Positions 1-11,820 of a stretch of DNA of 64,000 bases are shown here, piece by piece. The notes below the pieces were generated by a model, which worked only from the letters and a program-made list of their open reading frames with translations, made no database searches and had not been told where the DNA came from. Location: NCBI GenBank assembly GCA_002104945.1, contig MCFH01000029.1, positions 124,001 to 188,000 of the forward strand, in the 5' to 3' direction. Every line of letters starts with the position of its first letter. The stretch's first letter is position 1. Position numbers and translations under genes: made by a program. Source of the DNA: Piromyces finnis finn (Eukaryota > Fungi > Neocallimastigomycota).

Positions 1-260
1 GACTTTTTTTTTAAAAAAAAATAAACTAAAATAAAATAAGCTAGAATAAATATAAATTCTTTTTTTATGAAATGGATATAATAAATAGGTTTGATTTAAT
101 ATGAAAGTTTAATTAATTTTTGATATTTTAAAGTATTAATATATTAAAAAAGTGGTTTTGTTTATTATAAAATAATTTAAGACTTTTGTTAATGTAAATT
201 TTAATTATTAGTTTATTAATTGATTAAAGCATTAAGAATAATAAAATTCAAAAAAAAAAA

Positions 261-303
<43 letters not shown>

Positions 304-1099
304 TAATGGTCATAAGATTAATTAAATTAACCACATTAAAACATCATGATGGTTTATATGATATTTTCCCTTTTATTATCTTTATAAAAATGTTTAAAAA
401 TACATAACACTTAATAAGGTTTTTAATTGTTATAACTATTTTGAATAAACAATGTCTATTTTTTATATATGGGTTAATAAACTTTGATTTATATGTTCAT
501 TAAAACATTACTTAATAAATAGTTTAATAAACTCAAGTTAATATGAATTAAAAATTAGATAAAGAATTAAAACACTTTTTTATTTAAACAACAATATCAA
601 TTTAAAATATATGATGCATTAAAAAAATAAAAAACATATATCAGTATTTTAATAATTAAAATGAATCTTTTATTATTATATCTTTAATACTATAAAATAA
701 AAATTAATACTACATGACCTTGGCTCATAGATCAAAAAAAAATTTTTTTTTTTTTTTTTTGATTTTTTAAAATTGTATAATATCATTTTGTCATATTGGT
801 ATTCTTTTTTTTTTTTTTTTTTTTTTGTGATATTAAAGTAATCTATTCTATTACATTATAATTAGCAATATGTAATATTACTTGGATTAATTAATCAAAA
901 TATCCTTTTATATATATTTATATATATATATATTTTTTTTTTTAATTGAATAACCAAAAAAATTAAAGTTTAATAAAAGCAATCTAACATATTATAATGA
1001 ATTCATAAATAAATTATCCTTTGATGACCATATTTAAATTAATTAAAAAATTTTTTTAATTATTTTTCTCTTTTAATTATTTTATTAATAATAATGATG

Positions 1100-1435
1100 A
1101 TAATAATTATAGGATTGGACATACAGTTACTATAAAATATTACCAAAAAGAAAAAGGGGAATGCTAATTAAATTGAGTTAGAATAAGAATATTGTTTTAT
1201 GATGTGGTATATATTGGAATGAATATTAACATACTGAGATCTTGCAACTGATTTTACTGTCTTTGCTATTTTGGATAATGCATTAGTGGCATTAGTAGTT
1301 GTAACAGCTGTAGTAGAAGAAGAAAAAGCAGCTGCTTTAGTTGTAGCTTCAGCATCAACAGATGTATCAAGGGTTACTGAAATTTCAGGAGTTGCTGTAT
1401 TGGAAACCTCAATAGTTTTTTTGCCAATTACGAGA
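1100..1435 (-). pseudogene. Orphan 3' fragment encoding a Thr/Ala/Ser-rich linker-like peptide
   Basis: Minus-strand frame reads VIGKKTIEVSNTATPEISVTLDTSVDAEATTKAAAFSSSTTAVTTTNATNALSKIAKTVKSVARS, followed by a GTATGT donor. An in-frame stop lies just upstream and no start codon or acceptor was found. It abuts the Miro remnant. Confidence 0.4.
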
Positions 1436-1469
1436 GAGATATTAAAATAAATTTATAGTAATAAAAAAT

Positions 1470-2828
1470 TTTAAACCTTAAAAAGAGCTGTCTATAATAA
1501 TTTAATAATAAAAAGTATTAAAATGAAACTATAAATACAAACTAGAAAAAAATAAAGTAATTAAAAAGATTGTTTATAAAAAAAAATACCTTTCCTTTTC
1601 CATAAAAGGCAAATGCATAGCATGAAAAAAAATTCTTTTGAATCTTTCCAATTTTTTAACAGCTTTTTTTTTTGAAGAAGAATAATTTTTAATAGTAAAG
1701 TTGTACCGTCATTATAACCTAAATATGCTAAATATACTAATGTTTTCATATATGATAATATAATAGCCATGCAGATAAAATAATGATATACAGGTTATGC
1801 AGGTTATACAGGTTATACAGGTTATGGTATATGATTTGATACATAAAATATCTTAGAATTATTATATACCTCTACTGAGGCCAAGAAACCCTGGAGTGGG
1901 ATTGAATTCATGCTATTCGTTAATGTAGATTCTGTGTTTTTATTTTTCCATGAATTTCTAGGTGAGGTACTAAATAGATTACACAATTCATGGTTATTTA
2001 AAGATCTATCTTTATTCTAAATTTATTTAACCTTAAAAGTATATATATATAACAATATTATAAGTATTTAAATATTAAGGGTAATGTTTATGTAGTATAT
2101 GTATATAAAATTTCTATTATTAAAAGAATAAATATATATATACATATAATGATAGTTACTTTAACAAAAGCTTGAAAAGTTTCTATAAAGAATTTATATC
2201 CATTACTACTTAATTTAAATGTACCATCAGGGAATGCATCAATTCTAATAGTTTGAATTAAATATTTAAGTATTATTAAATTAATGTATATAATTAAATT
2301 ATAGAAATTAGAAAAAAAAACAATTAACTATAAGTTAATTTATCAATATTTACACTATGGATATAAAAAAATCTCCTCTAAGAGACAAATTGTTGTCATA
2401 ACAAAATTTTCTTAAAGTGGACCATGTTATTTCTAATCAACCTCTCTGAACAAATAATTTATGTAAAAATAAAATTTTCTTTATATATAAAATAGTATAT
2501 ATATATTCATTTTCATAATTTAGTTATTGTTTATTATGATTAAAATAATCATAGTTTAAGAAATATAGTTTTTTATAAAAAGGAAGAATATTAATTTTGA
2601 ACATTCTAAAATATTTTTTAATGTATTATTTCAATTAATTTATCTGATTCAGTTAAACTATTTTTATTGACATCATCGAAACTGTTTTCTCTAACATCTT
2701 TTTTTTCTTTTTTTTTTACACCTTCAAATTCTTGTTGTTGAAGTGAGGAATTAAAGCATTTTCTCCATAATAATTATTACATATAAAGATATTCATAATT
2801 ATTTTAAAACTTGAGGTATTCATTTTCA
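1470..2828 (-). pseudogene. GEM1: Mitochondrial Rho GTPase (Miro/Gem1) pseudogene fragment covering the EF-hand region and start of the second GTPase domain, introns retained
   Basis: Successive minus-strand exons translate to RKCFNSSLQQQEFEGVK..VRENSFDDVNKNSLTES / LFLHKLFVQRG*LEITWSTLRKFCYDNNLSLRGDFLYP / IDAFPDGTFKLSSNGYKFFIETFQAF / NKDRSLNNHELCNLFSTSPRNSWKNK..TLTNSMNSIPLQGFLA / MAIILSYMKTLVYLAYLGY...(frameshift)NFFSCYAFAFYGKGK. These are collinear with Miro motifs (LFIQRGRxETTWxxLRxFGY; ELSxxGYxF; ITLQGxLAQW; YLAYLG). Disabling lesions: TGA at 2437-2439, GT>AT donor at 2643, frameshifts. Confidence 0.88.
1791..1826 (+). repeat. 9-bp tandem repeat (CAGGTTATR)x4 in a Miro-pseudogene intron
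   Basis: caggttatg caggttata caggttata caggttatg read directly. Confidence 0.9.
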
Positions 2829-2844
2829 CTATTGAAAATAAAGT

Positions 2845-5524
2845 AGTTTTCTGGCCAAACTTCTGCCTGAGGTCAAATTTCTTCTGGCTGGAAAGTCTGG
2901 CTAAAACAGCCCAAAAATTAAGATATATACTAAATCATCTATATATATATATATTAACAAAAAAAGAAAAAGAAAAACTATTAAAATAAAACAAAACAAA
3001 TGAATAATTTAAAATAAATTTAAACTATTTCTTTTTTTTTCTCGTCCATGTAAATTCTTATCTTTTTAAATAGTAATATTTATTGAATTTATTTTTTTTT
3101 TTTTTTTTGAAATTAATATTTTTAATATATAAGAAAAAATTAAATAGGAATAATAGATACAATAGAAACATTAAACTATATATATATATATATATATTTT
3201 TTTATTAAATAAATGTTACTAGAAAAATAGTAATACTTAAAAGTAAAAGTAAAAAAAAATCATTAAATTTACTAACAAACAAAATTTAAAAGTCTTTGTT
3301 GATTTTTTACAAACCATATTTTGTTTTTTTAAACGAAAAAAAAAAAAAAAATTATTTTATGAAATATTTCTCATTTGTTAGTTAGTTTTACTTTTATCTT
3401 TCTGACTATGAAGTTTAACATAATTTAATAGATAGTTTAAAGCCTTAGCATTATCCGAACGAATTGCCCTTGAAATGAGAGAATCCCCTCCTTCAAACCC
3501 GCAATCATATTCCGCTCCTTTTTCTAATAAAAATTTTATTAATAATAAATTATCATCATCTATATTTTTTATTAAGGATAAAGCGGAATAACCATCATTT
3601 TCTCCTCTTTCACCAATATAATTAATGTCTTTGCCGTAGGCAAATAAAATTTTTATAATATCTATTTTATCATGAACATTGAATAATTTACTGGAAATAA
3701 CATCAAAGTGAAGTTCACAAAGATCATCATCGGTAATCCAATCTCCAAATTTTTTATAATGCCTAAATAAAGTTATTAAAGTGGCTTTATTTCCTAATTC
3801 AACCATAGAAAAAAGGATTTCACTATCAATGGCATAACCAGAAAATTTATCATTACTCAAAATATAATCTAATGTTTTAATATCTTTTTTCGCAACAATA
3901 TAATGAAAAAGGTTTTTGTGGAATTCATCAATATGATTAAGCTTTGTATTTTTTAATAGATACCAAAATATTTGGTGGAATATTTTTTAATGATTCATAA
4001 ACAACAACAATTGGACTTTGTCCATTGTCGTCTTCATCATTGACATCAAATAGTCCATTTTTAAAGTAATTTTCAACTATTTGTTTTATTAAAGGTTTAT
4101 TATTTAATTTTAAAGCTAAATTAAATTTTGCTAATAAACTTTTTGAGCCATCATATTTTCCTGAGGTAGAATGTGGATCTCCCTTTATACCGTTTAGTAA
4201 TGTTTCAATATACAGATTGATAGTATCATGATTCATTTTAGTTTCATGGTATTCCTTAGAAATTAGTAATATTACGTCTTTTAAATTTAATTCTTTAGCA
4301 TCAGAAGTTTCTTCATCATGTTCAAGAGTATACAAAAAAAATTTAATAATTTCAGTATAATCTTTATCTAAACCAAAAACGACGAGGAATAATAAATTGT
4401 TTATCTCAGTTGATGTTACATCAATAAAGGAAGATTCTTTATTTCTATTACTTATAGCGTTGTCCTTGAATAACGCATTACTTTTTTTTATTTTTTCGAA
4501 AATAATACTCATATCATCAGTACTATAATTCTCTTTTTCTGACATTTTTTCTTAACAATATTATTTAATAATGCTATTTAATATCATTATTTAGTAATAA
4601 TTGTTAACAGGGTTATTTAAATTTTTTTTTAACTTTCTTAATAATATTATAATTATATCAAAAAAAAAAAAAAAAAAAAAAGGTCTTTTGTAAAAGTATT
4701 TATAGTAATATTAAATTTCTAAATTCTAAAACAAAGTAATAAAATGTATTTAGAACAAAATATAACATAAACTTTATTTAATAATTTTTTTTATTATTTT
4801 TTCTTTTTTCTTTTCCTAAAGCAATCAATTTTTTAATTTTAAGAAAAAAGTTTTTTTGTAATGAATGTAATAGTCATAAAAGTATTTGAAAAATAGACAA
4901 GCTATTTATTTATTATTATGTATTCATTTTATCTTTTTTTTTTGATTTAATAATACTGAAATAAAGCAATAATATCTAACTAAACCTATTTTTTTTTTTA
5001 TAAAAAAAGTATAATTTCAAAAAAAAAAAAAATGAATATTAAATTTTTATTCCTATAATTATAATTTATTTTCATTGTTATACCACTACCATACTTTTTT
5101 ATTTTTTTAAAAAAACTAACTAAATAATCTAATACAAACACAAACACACATACACATATGATATTAGCATAGCAAACATTTAACATAATTACTAAAATAA
5201 TCTCAATGATGCCCTTAATTCACTTTTTCTAAAGTGTTTTTTTTTTTAAAAAAAAAACTTCGATTTTAAACCCATCAGTATACAATGTAATATATTGAAT
5301 TTTTTATTATATCTATTGAATAACCATATAATACATTTATTTTAATCTATTATTTAATTGATTTAAAGTGATTTGGATAATCCATAAAATAACCAATAAA
5401 TTTAATATATTATATAAAATTAATATTATTTATCTTAGAATGTAGCCAAAAATCAAAGATAAATATTAAAATTCTACCAGAGTTTTTACCGGAGAATTTT
5501 AAGATGTTGGCTAGAAAAACAGCA
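2845..5524. mobile_element. Possible degenerate TIR element (Pack-type) enclosing the ankyrin gene
   Basis: The GC-rich patch at 2845-2913 (gttttctggccaaac...aaatttcttctggctggaaagtctggcta) is an imperfect reverse complement of 5475-5520 (taccagagtttttaccggagaatttt...ttggctagaaaaac). No transposase and no clear target-site duplication seen. Confidence 0.25.
3378..4545 (-). CDS. Ankyrin-repeat protein, intronless, split by a 1-nt frameshift (about 388 aa if repaired)
   Basis: ORFs 3937..4545 and 3378..3860 join if one base is removed from the 6-nt homopolymer at 3983-3988, giving ...DVNDEDDNGQSPIVVVYESLKIFHQIFWYLLKNTKLNHIDEFHKNLFHYIV... Ankyrin-like units: IIKILFAYGKDINY, LIKFLLEKGAEYD, GDSLISRAIRSDNAKALNYLL. 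Confidence 0.75.
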
Positions 5525-5600
5525 ATATATATTATAAAATATGATATGATAATTATATTAATAAATATAATTTATATTTATTATCTATATAATAATTATA

Positions 5601-5905
5601 TTTGACTTTTAATGGAACTAAATTATGATCTTCGTTGGTTGCATTGGCCCTCCTGGCCTGGCTTACTACTTCTTCAGCATTGACGCTCTTGGCTGTTGCT
5701 TTACACCTTTTGAACATTGACTACTGCTGATCAATAACAAAAGGCATGATTTTGGTTAGAAGTTCCGTTGTTACCGCCGTTAAGAATGGTGATGTTCCTT
5801 CGACAGTGCCCGATCAAATCTGATACTTGCAAAGTTCTTTCCATTCCCTTGAATTGGAATTGAAAATGTTAAAACTTCCTCCTCCTCCCCAAGAAGGAAT
5901 TTAAA
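5601..5905 (-). mobile_element. GC-rich degenerate coding remnant, probably transposon (gag/ORF1-like) derived
   Basis: Markedly higher GC than flanks. One minus frame reads FNIFNSNSREWKELCKYQI*SGTVEGTSPFLTAVTTELLTKIMPFVIDQQ*SMFKRCKATAKSVNAEEVVSQARRANA with only two stops. Family not firmly recognisable. Confidence 0.35.
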
Positions 5906-5973
5906 TATTTTATTGCATATACTAGAATAATCATACATACACATTAATATTCACCGGGATTATTAAAACGGTT

Positions 5974-6125
5974 ACTATTATTAACTAAATAACTATCTAA
6001 ATTAAAACTATTATCCTCACTATTACTATTACTACTATTATTACTACTATTATTAACTAAATAACTATCTAAATTAAAACTATTATCCTCACTATTACTA
6101 TTACTACTATTATTACTACTATTAT
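5974..6125 (+). repeat. 72-bp tandem duplication (2 copies)
   Basis: ttaactaaataactatctaaattaaaactattatcctcactattactatt... begins at 5981 and again at 6053. Confidence 0.9.
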
Positions 6126-7372
6126 TAAAATTATTATTAAAATTATGATCATTACTAATGTCCCTATTACTATTAGTATATCAACATTTTTTTTTCGCAT
6201 TTATAAAAATTATTTTACAGAATTTTCCCATTCTAAAAAATCATTATTATTATTATTATTGCTATTAACATTTTCATTATTATTAATAGGATTGTTGGAA
6301 TTACAGTTGACTGAAAAAATTTAATAACTCCACTATGGAATTAAAATGTTTAATAATAATGAAAATGTTAATATTCAACATTACAATCTAATAAATAACC
6401 AATATTGAATACTTTGATAATACGCAGTAATAGACTACTTCTTCAATTATATATTAATTTCAAAAATTTTTTTGTAACATGTTTCATAAATATAATTAAA
6501 TTATGACTCATCGGTACACACACAATATAAACTTTTTTTTTTTGTTTTTATATATATAATGATCTCTTTTTTTTTATTTTTATTTTCTTTAGATTTTTTT
6601 TAAAAAATTATAAAATCTTTATAAACATAAAATATTGTTAAAAAAAATGATAAATTTATGAAAAAAAAAAAAAACTATGAATATTATAATATGTTTTAAT
6701 TAAAAGAATATTTAGAAATAAAAATAAAAAAAACAGTTTTAAATGTTATTATTTAAATAATAGATTTTTTTTTTTTAAGTTTTAAATATTAATAAATGAT
6801 TTTTTTTTTTTTTTTTGGATTTTTAACATATATATAAAAATTTTATAAAAAAAAAAAAAAAAAAAAAAATAATCAAAGGATTACTTTTTTTATATGATTA
6901 AAATATAAACATAATCATATATATATTACTTTCTATCTACACATATTGTTTCATAATATATATATCGAATTATTGCGTTTTCTTAATGATAATTTGCGTA
7001 TTGTATTATGTGTAATTTGCGTGAATATACATCTTTTTTTTTCTTTTTTTTTGAATCTTTTCTTTTCTTCAATATTGATTATATTTATATTTTATACGTT
7101 AATCTTTTTATTTTAAACTGATTTTAAATTTATGTAATATAATATATAAAATGAAAAAAAGAATAACTGAAAATCAAAAAATTAAAAAAAATTATAAAAA
7201 AAAAAACTTAGATATTAATAAAACTATTAATCTTTTAATTTATTATATATTTAAACTTTATTAAATATATATTTAATAATAAATCTAAAAAAATATTAAT
7301 TTTCCCATTTTATTTTCTCTTCATTATTAATTTGATCTTATTTGATTCATTTTTTAGATACTGTTAGTTGCT

Positions 7373-9335
7373 TTATAATATAAATTCTTTTGTCTTAACT
7401 TGTCTTGCTTTTTTTTGTCTATATTTATCTTTAATTGATCTTCCTTGAAATTTATTATATAAATAGTTTTTTGAATTGTACTTAAGACTTTTATTATAAC
7501 CATTTGAAATATAATCATTTGAGGATGAGTTGTATAAACTTTCGTTATTGTTGGTATTATCCCCAATGCTTAATTCCTTTTGTGACACTGGTGATGCCAT
7601 GGGTGATGAATATACATTAGTAGAATTGATAGTATGTGGTTGTGGTTGCTTAAAATTTTCAGCAACTTCTTGTGACAATGGGCTTTTCATATAAGTTCTT
7701 GCAGGTGGACTATACATCTTTTTATTATAATAATAAATTATACATAATTTATTTATTTAATAAAAGTGTTTAATTCTAAAATGATATTTTAAACCATTTT
7801 AGGGTAAAACAATATTTACAATTATTTTACATCTATAATAATAATTTATTTCTATTGCTAAATTATTTCTATCCTTTTACATCTTGTTTTTTGGTAAAAA
7901 AAATCGCTCTACGATTTTATTTACAATTTCTGTAAAATATTTTAATAATATTTTTAACCAATATTATTATCTCTAAACTTTTTGCTTTTCTTTCTTCCAC
8001 CTTATCTAATTACTGAAATTTCTCCGCCAAATATATCTTTATATTTAACCTCTTTTTTACCCATATATAATAATATTATTTATATAACATACTTTAGAGT
8101 ATCCATTTTTTGTAGAAGCATGGGTATTATGTTTTATTTCATTAGAATGTACTGGACTATTACTTTCGTCCATTTTTAATATCATGCTTTTTAGTATATT
8201 TGCTACAGCTATTATATCAATTATAAATTATATTTATTAGTTTCTTTTTTAATAAACTTTTATAATATACAATTAAAAATTACCTTTAACATCCATTAAT
8301 GGAATATGATTTTCTCTGAAAAGTCTCAAAGTTTCATGCTTTAAGGATTCAGAAAAATTATCTTGAAACAATGATAATAATAATGAACCGGCTGCTATTG
8401 TCTTAGCAGAATATTGAAGACAAAGAGTAGTTCGTATATAACTACATATCCGAATCGTATTATATAATAAAACAATTCCAATTTAATAAAAATCACAAAA
8501 TAAAATAAAATTCTATCATCGATTTCTACCTTTCATCTATAAGATAACAAGAAATTGCTTTAACTTCCTTAGATGCTATTTTCATAATATTTAATAATAT
8601 TTATAAATAATAACATTAATGTTATGTCGATATTATCACTTATTATCATTTTATTATGTATTATTACCATTTATCTTTTCGCAGTAAGTAGAACAATAAC
8701 TATATGGTTCTTGGAAAGTTAAATCATAACTAACTATTCTTAAAATTTCCATTTCATAATAGTTCATATTATTTTTCCAGTATCCATATTCCTATTAAGA
8801 TTTAATACATATTTAATTTCAAATCTTAATAAGTTATCTATTTTATTCTATCATATCTTTTAAATAAAATCTATTTACTTTTTCATTTGGATTTAATTCA
8901 TATTTTGGATCGTGAATTTTCTTAGCAACCCTAGCACATTCATGAATTAAATATTTTGAAATTCTTGAAGAATATTCAGAAACTAATTTTGATGCTAAAA
9001 ATATAGCGCCAATTGAAACATCCCATGGGTTATTATCACTAAAAGATTTGCGCATATAATATCTATGTAATAACATTTGGGCTGTTATTATACCAGTTCT
9101 AGATCTGTTTCATAATAAAATAAAAGATATTAATAATTTCATTTTTAATAATAAGTATTATCATTAAAAAATAAATTAATATTTACAAATTAATTCTTGG
9201 AGCTCTTGCAACATGTTGAATAAATTTGCATGCAATTCTTCTTGTATCATTTTCTTTAGAAAGACTCATGAAATTTCTTGAAGGAGAATTTTCAATTTCT
9301 TCCTTTGTAAATAACCAATTATTTTCTCTTTGCAT
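7373..9335 (-). CDS. Transcriptional cyclin (cyclin K/T/L; Pch1/Ctk2-like), about 7 exons
   Basis: ATG at 9335: MQRENNWLFTKEEIENSPSR...; cyclin box TAQMLLHRYYMRKSF...GAIFLASK; YEMEILRIVSYDLTFQEPY; TTLCLQYSAKTIAAGSL. Phase-compatible GT-AG introns lead to the Ser/Pro-rich last exon 7717-7373. Confidence 0.85.
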
Positions 9336-11149
9336 TTTTTATTTATTTTTATATAATTATATTATTAAAAATATTATATTTATAATATTATTTCCTTTAT
9401 ATTATAATTGGTATAAATAAAAATTTCTTTTTTGTTTTTTTATTAAAAAATTATTTCTATTGATAATATTTATCAAATAATAAAATAATATAAAAATTTC
9501 TTATTAAATTTAAAGAAAAAATAATTTCTTATTTTTTAAACTAATTTATAATAATTTTATTCTTTAATGAATATTTGAATTATTATTTGTTAGTTCAACA
9601 AATATTATCTATTAATATATTAATTGTAATTATTAATATGCCTAATAACACATTTATTTTTCCGTATATATAATTTAAAAATTAAATTGTATTTTTTTAT
9701 AATTAAATTTTATATACAATTTTTATTAGCAAAATTAATGTAATAATTTCACTAATTAATAATGTTCAAAAAAAAAGGTCTTTTATAACAATTTTTTTAT
9801 TATTATTTTTAATTTCTTTGAAATTTTCCTTTTATAAAAAAAATATAATAACTATTTTAATATTTAAAACTTTTTTATTATTATTAAATATTTAAAATAC
9901 CAATTTTATCAATTGTTATATAATATTTTAATAATAAAAATTATTAAAGTTTTTTATTAAAAAATTATTAAGTTCTTTATTATATAGAAAATTTTCAAAA
10001 AGAAAAAAAATTGTTTAAATTCAAAGGAAATTCGACTTATTATATAACAAAAAAAAATTTTCTAAAATTTTATATATTTTTTATTTAATTTTTATTATTT
10101 TATCATTAAAAAAAAAAATTACATATAAAAAAATTTATTCAAACATTTAATGTTAATATTAACAATATAAAAATTAAATTAAATATTAAATATAAACAAA
10201 ATTCATTATATATTACAATATTATTATATAATATATTAAAATGATCGTCCAAATATGATTTATAAAAAAGAAATAAAATAGTCTAGGCTAGTTATTAATT
10301 ATACATATATATTAATATATTATATTTAATAAATTCAATTTAAACAATCCCAAAATATATTTATTTATAAATAAAATTTTATTTTAAAAATAGAACATTA
10401 TATTAACAATATATTCATATTATATATAGCACATTTATTTTACAATAAATTATTGAATTATATTAAAGTATAAAAACCTTATATTATATGGACAAATCAT
10501 TACACGCCATATATATTTTAATTAACCACTTAAAAACTTTATATCTATGTATTAAAGTTGATTATAACATATATTATACATTTTTATTAATTATTTTGGC
10601 TAAAATAAGCTTTTTATGAATGAAAATTATTCTACTATAATAATTTAATATATTACTGCCATTTATAAATAGTATTAACAATATTAAAAATTGATGATTA
10701 TTGATAAGCCTAGACTTTTTAAAGTTTTTAAAAATCAATCTTTCTCCTATTTCATATTTTGAAAAAAATATTCTTAAGCCTTCCTTTTTCTATTATTTTC
10801 ATATTCTCATAAAATTTATTGGTTAAATAGTAAACCAATCACATACCTACTTGTGACTTATTCCTTAATAAACCTTATTATCATTAAATATTAACCAATT
10901 GTAATATATAGTATTTTAATGACAGTCATATTTATATAACTATTTTTTATCATGATGGTCTATAAAATTTTGATAGATTTATGTTAATTTACATTAATTT
11001 ATTTTTAACCACGTGATTATCACTTTAAAAATAAATTAAATATTTTTAATTTGATAATTATACAATTTAATTAATGATATTTAATTAATATATATATGAA
11101 AATCATCATTGAAATTATACATAAAATATTAATATAATAGCAAAACTTG

Positions 11150-11820
11150 GTAAAATTAATAAATAAAACTTTAGCATATTTTTAACCTTCTTTTACCACC
11201 ATATATGCTAAAATATTTCACCTTATTTTACAGTAAATACTGATATTTTATGTTCATTCTTTAGTTTTCATATCTTTGTAGTATCAAGTTACTTAAATTT
11301 TACTGTTTATACTTGCATTTGTGTATTACATACTTACTATCATCTATTTAAATTTATTTCCTAAAGATATGTTAATATTTATATTTTTTTTAGATTATGT
11401 TTTATTCTATGGACTATTTTTTATTTTTCTATTATCATTTTTTAATATTACTTGAATTTATTTTACTTTATTTTTCTATACTATTTATACTATAATACTC
11501 TTATATTAATCTATTTTCTCTTTTTCGTTGTATACCATTTTACTCTATATTCTTAAAGATGTAAAAAAAAATATATTAAAATCCTCTTTTGTTTTTATTT
11601 AAACATCTTTATATTCTATTTATATTCTAGTTTATTATGAATATTCTTAATTATCATCTATTATTATTCACTCTTTTATACTGATCTAATATATTTTTCT
11701 TCTTATCATCTTTATACTAATAAATATTTATTTATTTTTTATTTATTGTATATATATATGATATCCTTTTTTGTCTTTTGCTACATCTTTTCTCTACTCC
11801 TTTCTCTCTTTTTTTTTTTT
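11150..11820 (-). other. Heavily degenerated, strand-asymmetric sequence, possibly an eroded transposon or gene
   Basis: Plus strand is C/T-rich and almost G-free over about 650 bp. Minus strand gives Lys/Glu/Arg-like codon runs broken by stops. No identifiable domain. Confidence 0.2.

Noticed and set aside
721-728. TGGCTCAT matching 18S near Am100 (possible snR51 guide)
   Set aside because: Only 8 nt, with no C or D box at the proper spacing.
1561-1770. ORF-track 69-aa protein
   Set aside because: It is a frameshifted exon of the Miro pseudogene, not an independent gene.
5468-5514. Hairpin followed about 10 nt later by CTAG, like a Helitron 3' end
   Set aside because: The hairpin is AT-rich with a large loop and the base after CTAG is A, not the T expected from A|T insertion. 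Retained only as part of the inverted-repeat hypothesis.
6973-7023. Three TTGCGT words, one giving a 10-nt antisense match to U6 (AATTTGCGTG)
   Set aside because: No box C/D framework and too short; it could be chance or a minor regulatory motif.
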